DNA from: an uncultured bacterium
Lineage (GTDB): Bacteria; Babelota; Babeliae; Babelales; Babelaceae
DNA length: 64,000 nt
Direction: 5' to 3'
NCBI GenBank assembly: GCA_963824495.1
Contig: CAWGPQ010000008.1
Coordinates: 205,111-269,110 of the forward strand
Under the pieces are notes generated by a model that did not search any database, was not told where the DNA came from, and saw only the letters and a program-made list of their open reading frames with translations. Below are positions 63,001 through 64,000 of this stretch, piece by piece. Both the position numbers and the translations under genes were made by a program. Within the stretch, counting starts at the first letter, position 1. Each line of letters opens with the position of its first letter.

Positions 63001-63262
63001 GATCCTCGGCCCAGGCTTCCAATGCGCGGGTGTCGAAGACTTCACCGGGATTGAAGGTGCCCGCGACGTAGCCGAGGATGTTGCTCTCGGAGTACACATC
63101 GTCGATTTCGATGTTGTTGCGGGCGTGCTCGGCAAGCTGTTCGTCGTCGAACACGTCGTCCGGCGACACATTGGCCTTCTTGACCCACTCGATGGCCGTG
63201 TCGAGCGGGCTGTTGGGCAGGAACTTGCGCGTGAACTCTTCGTTCCGCCGAGCGGTTGCCAT
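63001..63262 (-). CDS. GC-rich hypothetical (phage-like) gene fragment, cut at the chimeric junction
   Basis: High-GC codon usage; TGATG overlap with an upstream gene tail ...FIAKAKGVF*; the last codons of the track ORF come from the AT-rich side. Confidence 0.45.
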
Positions 63263-63291
63263 CAGAAAACCCCCTTCGCCTTGGCGATGAA

Positions 63292-63536
63292 TGGTGTTGC
63301 TTGCGAGCCGGACGGGCTGGTCGCTCGCTAGGCGTATCCGCCGTGCCGTATCGGCCCACCCGGAGGCGATCTGCCACTCGCGGCCGGTGTTTCGCCGACC
63401 GCGCGTAGATCAATAGCCCCGGCAACGTTGGTCGAGAGGCGACGATACTGTCGGCCAGCGCTTGTAGTCGCTGGTGAGTCGAGTCCGGTGCCGCGACTTG
63501 GAGGAGAAGCAGAATGGCGAGCGTTGGCGGCATCAT
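63292..63536 (-). pseudogene. N-terminal fragment of a beta-lactamase-family serine hydrolase from a GC-rich organism
   Basis: Signal peptide, LQALADSIV...LPGLLIYARS, then (frameshift near 63390) WQIASGWAD...DQPVRLASNT, which breaks off inside the SxxK motif. Confidence 0.55.
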
Positions 63537-63674
63537 AGCAACGAACCTTGGAGAATCAGTCGGTATCTCGTCGGCGTCGCTGGCCGCCGGGCTCTTCTGA
63601 CAATCGGTGCTGGTTGGGGACGCTGCGCAAGGTCCTGCCTGTGTCGACTAATTCCGGGCATCCTCAACGCGATC

Positions 63675-63756
63675 GGGGTCAGAGCCAGGGGTCAGCTGAA
63701 TCCCGTGACCATCGCAAGAATTTGATAATCCGGCTCTGACCCTCAGCTCTGACCCC
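63675..63756. repeat. GGGGTCAGAG / CTCTGACCCC inverted repeats (REP-like)
   Basis: Two GGGGTCAG copies facing two CTCTGACCC copies. Confidence 0.55.
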
Positions 63757-64000
63757 CAATGGCCGCGGCGAGCGCGCGAACACACGCCTCAATCGCCCCC
63801 TCCGCCGCCCCTCCATAGCTAAGCAGTATCCCCCGCGGCACCGTGCGCGCGTCCGGCCACTCCACGTAGTACCGCGAGAGCGCCGCCACGCCCACAACCA
63901 GCCCGTTCCCCGCGCGCGCGCGATGAAGACGTCGTCCGTTCCCGGCGGGAGGTGCACTTGGTTAGGCGGCAGGCAGGGCTTGGGGACAGGTTTGGGGACG

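Noticed and set aside
63042..63957. Long track ORFs in the GC-rich tail as intact genes
   Set aside because: They cross apparent junctions and frameshifts, and GC-rich DNA readily yields spurious ORFs.

Overview
Positions 1-~63000 are an AT-rich bacterial chromosome segment. Gene content (many ankyrin and signal-peptide proteins, stand-alone Cache proteins, an orphan atpG, a eukaryote-type sugar enzyme) suggests a protist-associated Candidatus Dependentiae/Babelota (TM6) organism; this is inference, not a database match. Core content: cdaA-cdaR-glmM, rpsO-pnp-rph-holA, the tRNA-rpmG-secE-nusG-rplKAJL-rpoBC cluster (no tuf), tsaE, atpG, murA, one complete minus-strand rrn operon (16S-Ile-Ala-23S-5S), gmk, prfB, trxA, cysS, bamA, ftsL-ftsI, and 13 tRNAs in total. 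An accessory tract of predicted secreted proteins spans ~37.8-55.3 kb. The most striking feature is two closely related, ORF-less group I introns in tandem in 23S helix 69 (E. coli sites 1917 and 1923), separated by a 6-nt micro-exon (AACGGU). The downstream intron has a duplicated guide sequence, and a copy of its splice junction sits inside the upstream intron. Other notable items: a signal-peptide Hint/toxin gene missed by the ORF track; a eukaryote-type NRS/ER rhamnose enzyme with a signal peptide; two signal peptide-J-domain-ankyrin proteins; a catalytically degenerate CdaA; a fosfomycin-resistant-type MurA; a REP-like hairpin family placed 3' of tRNAs; and tandem four-Cache proteins. Several single-base frameshifts, including one in rpoB, and an abrupt GC-rich mosaic tail after ~63000 point to assembly errors and chimerism.
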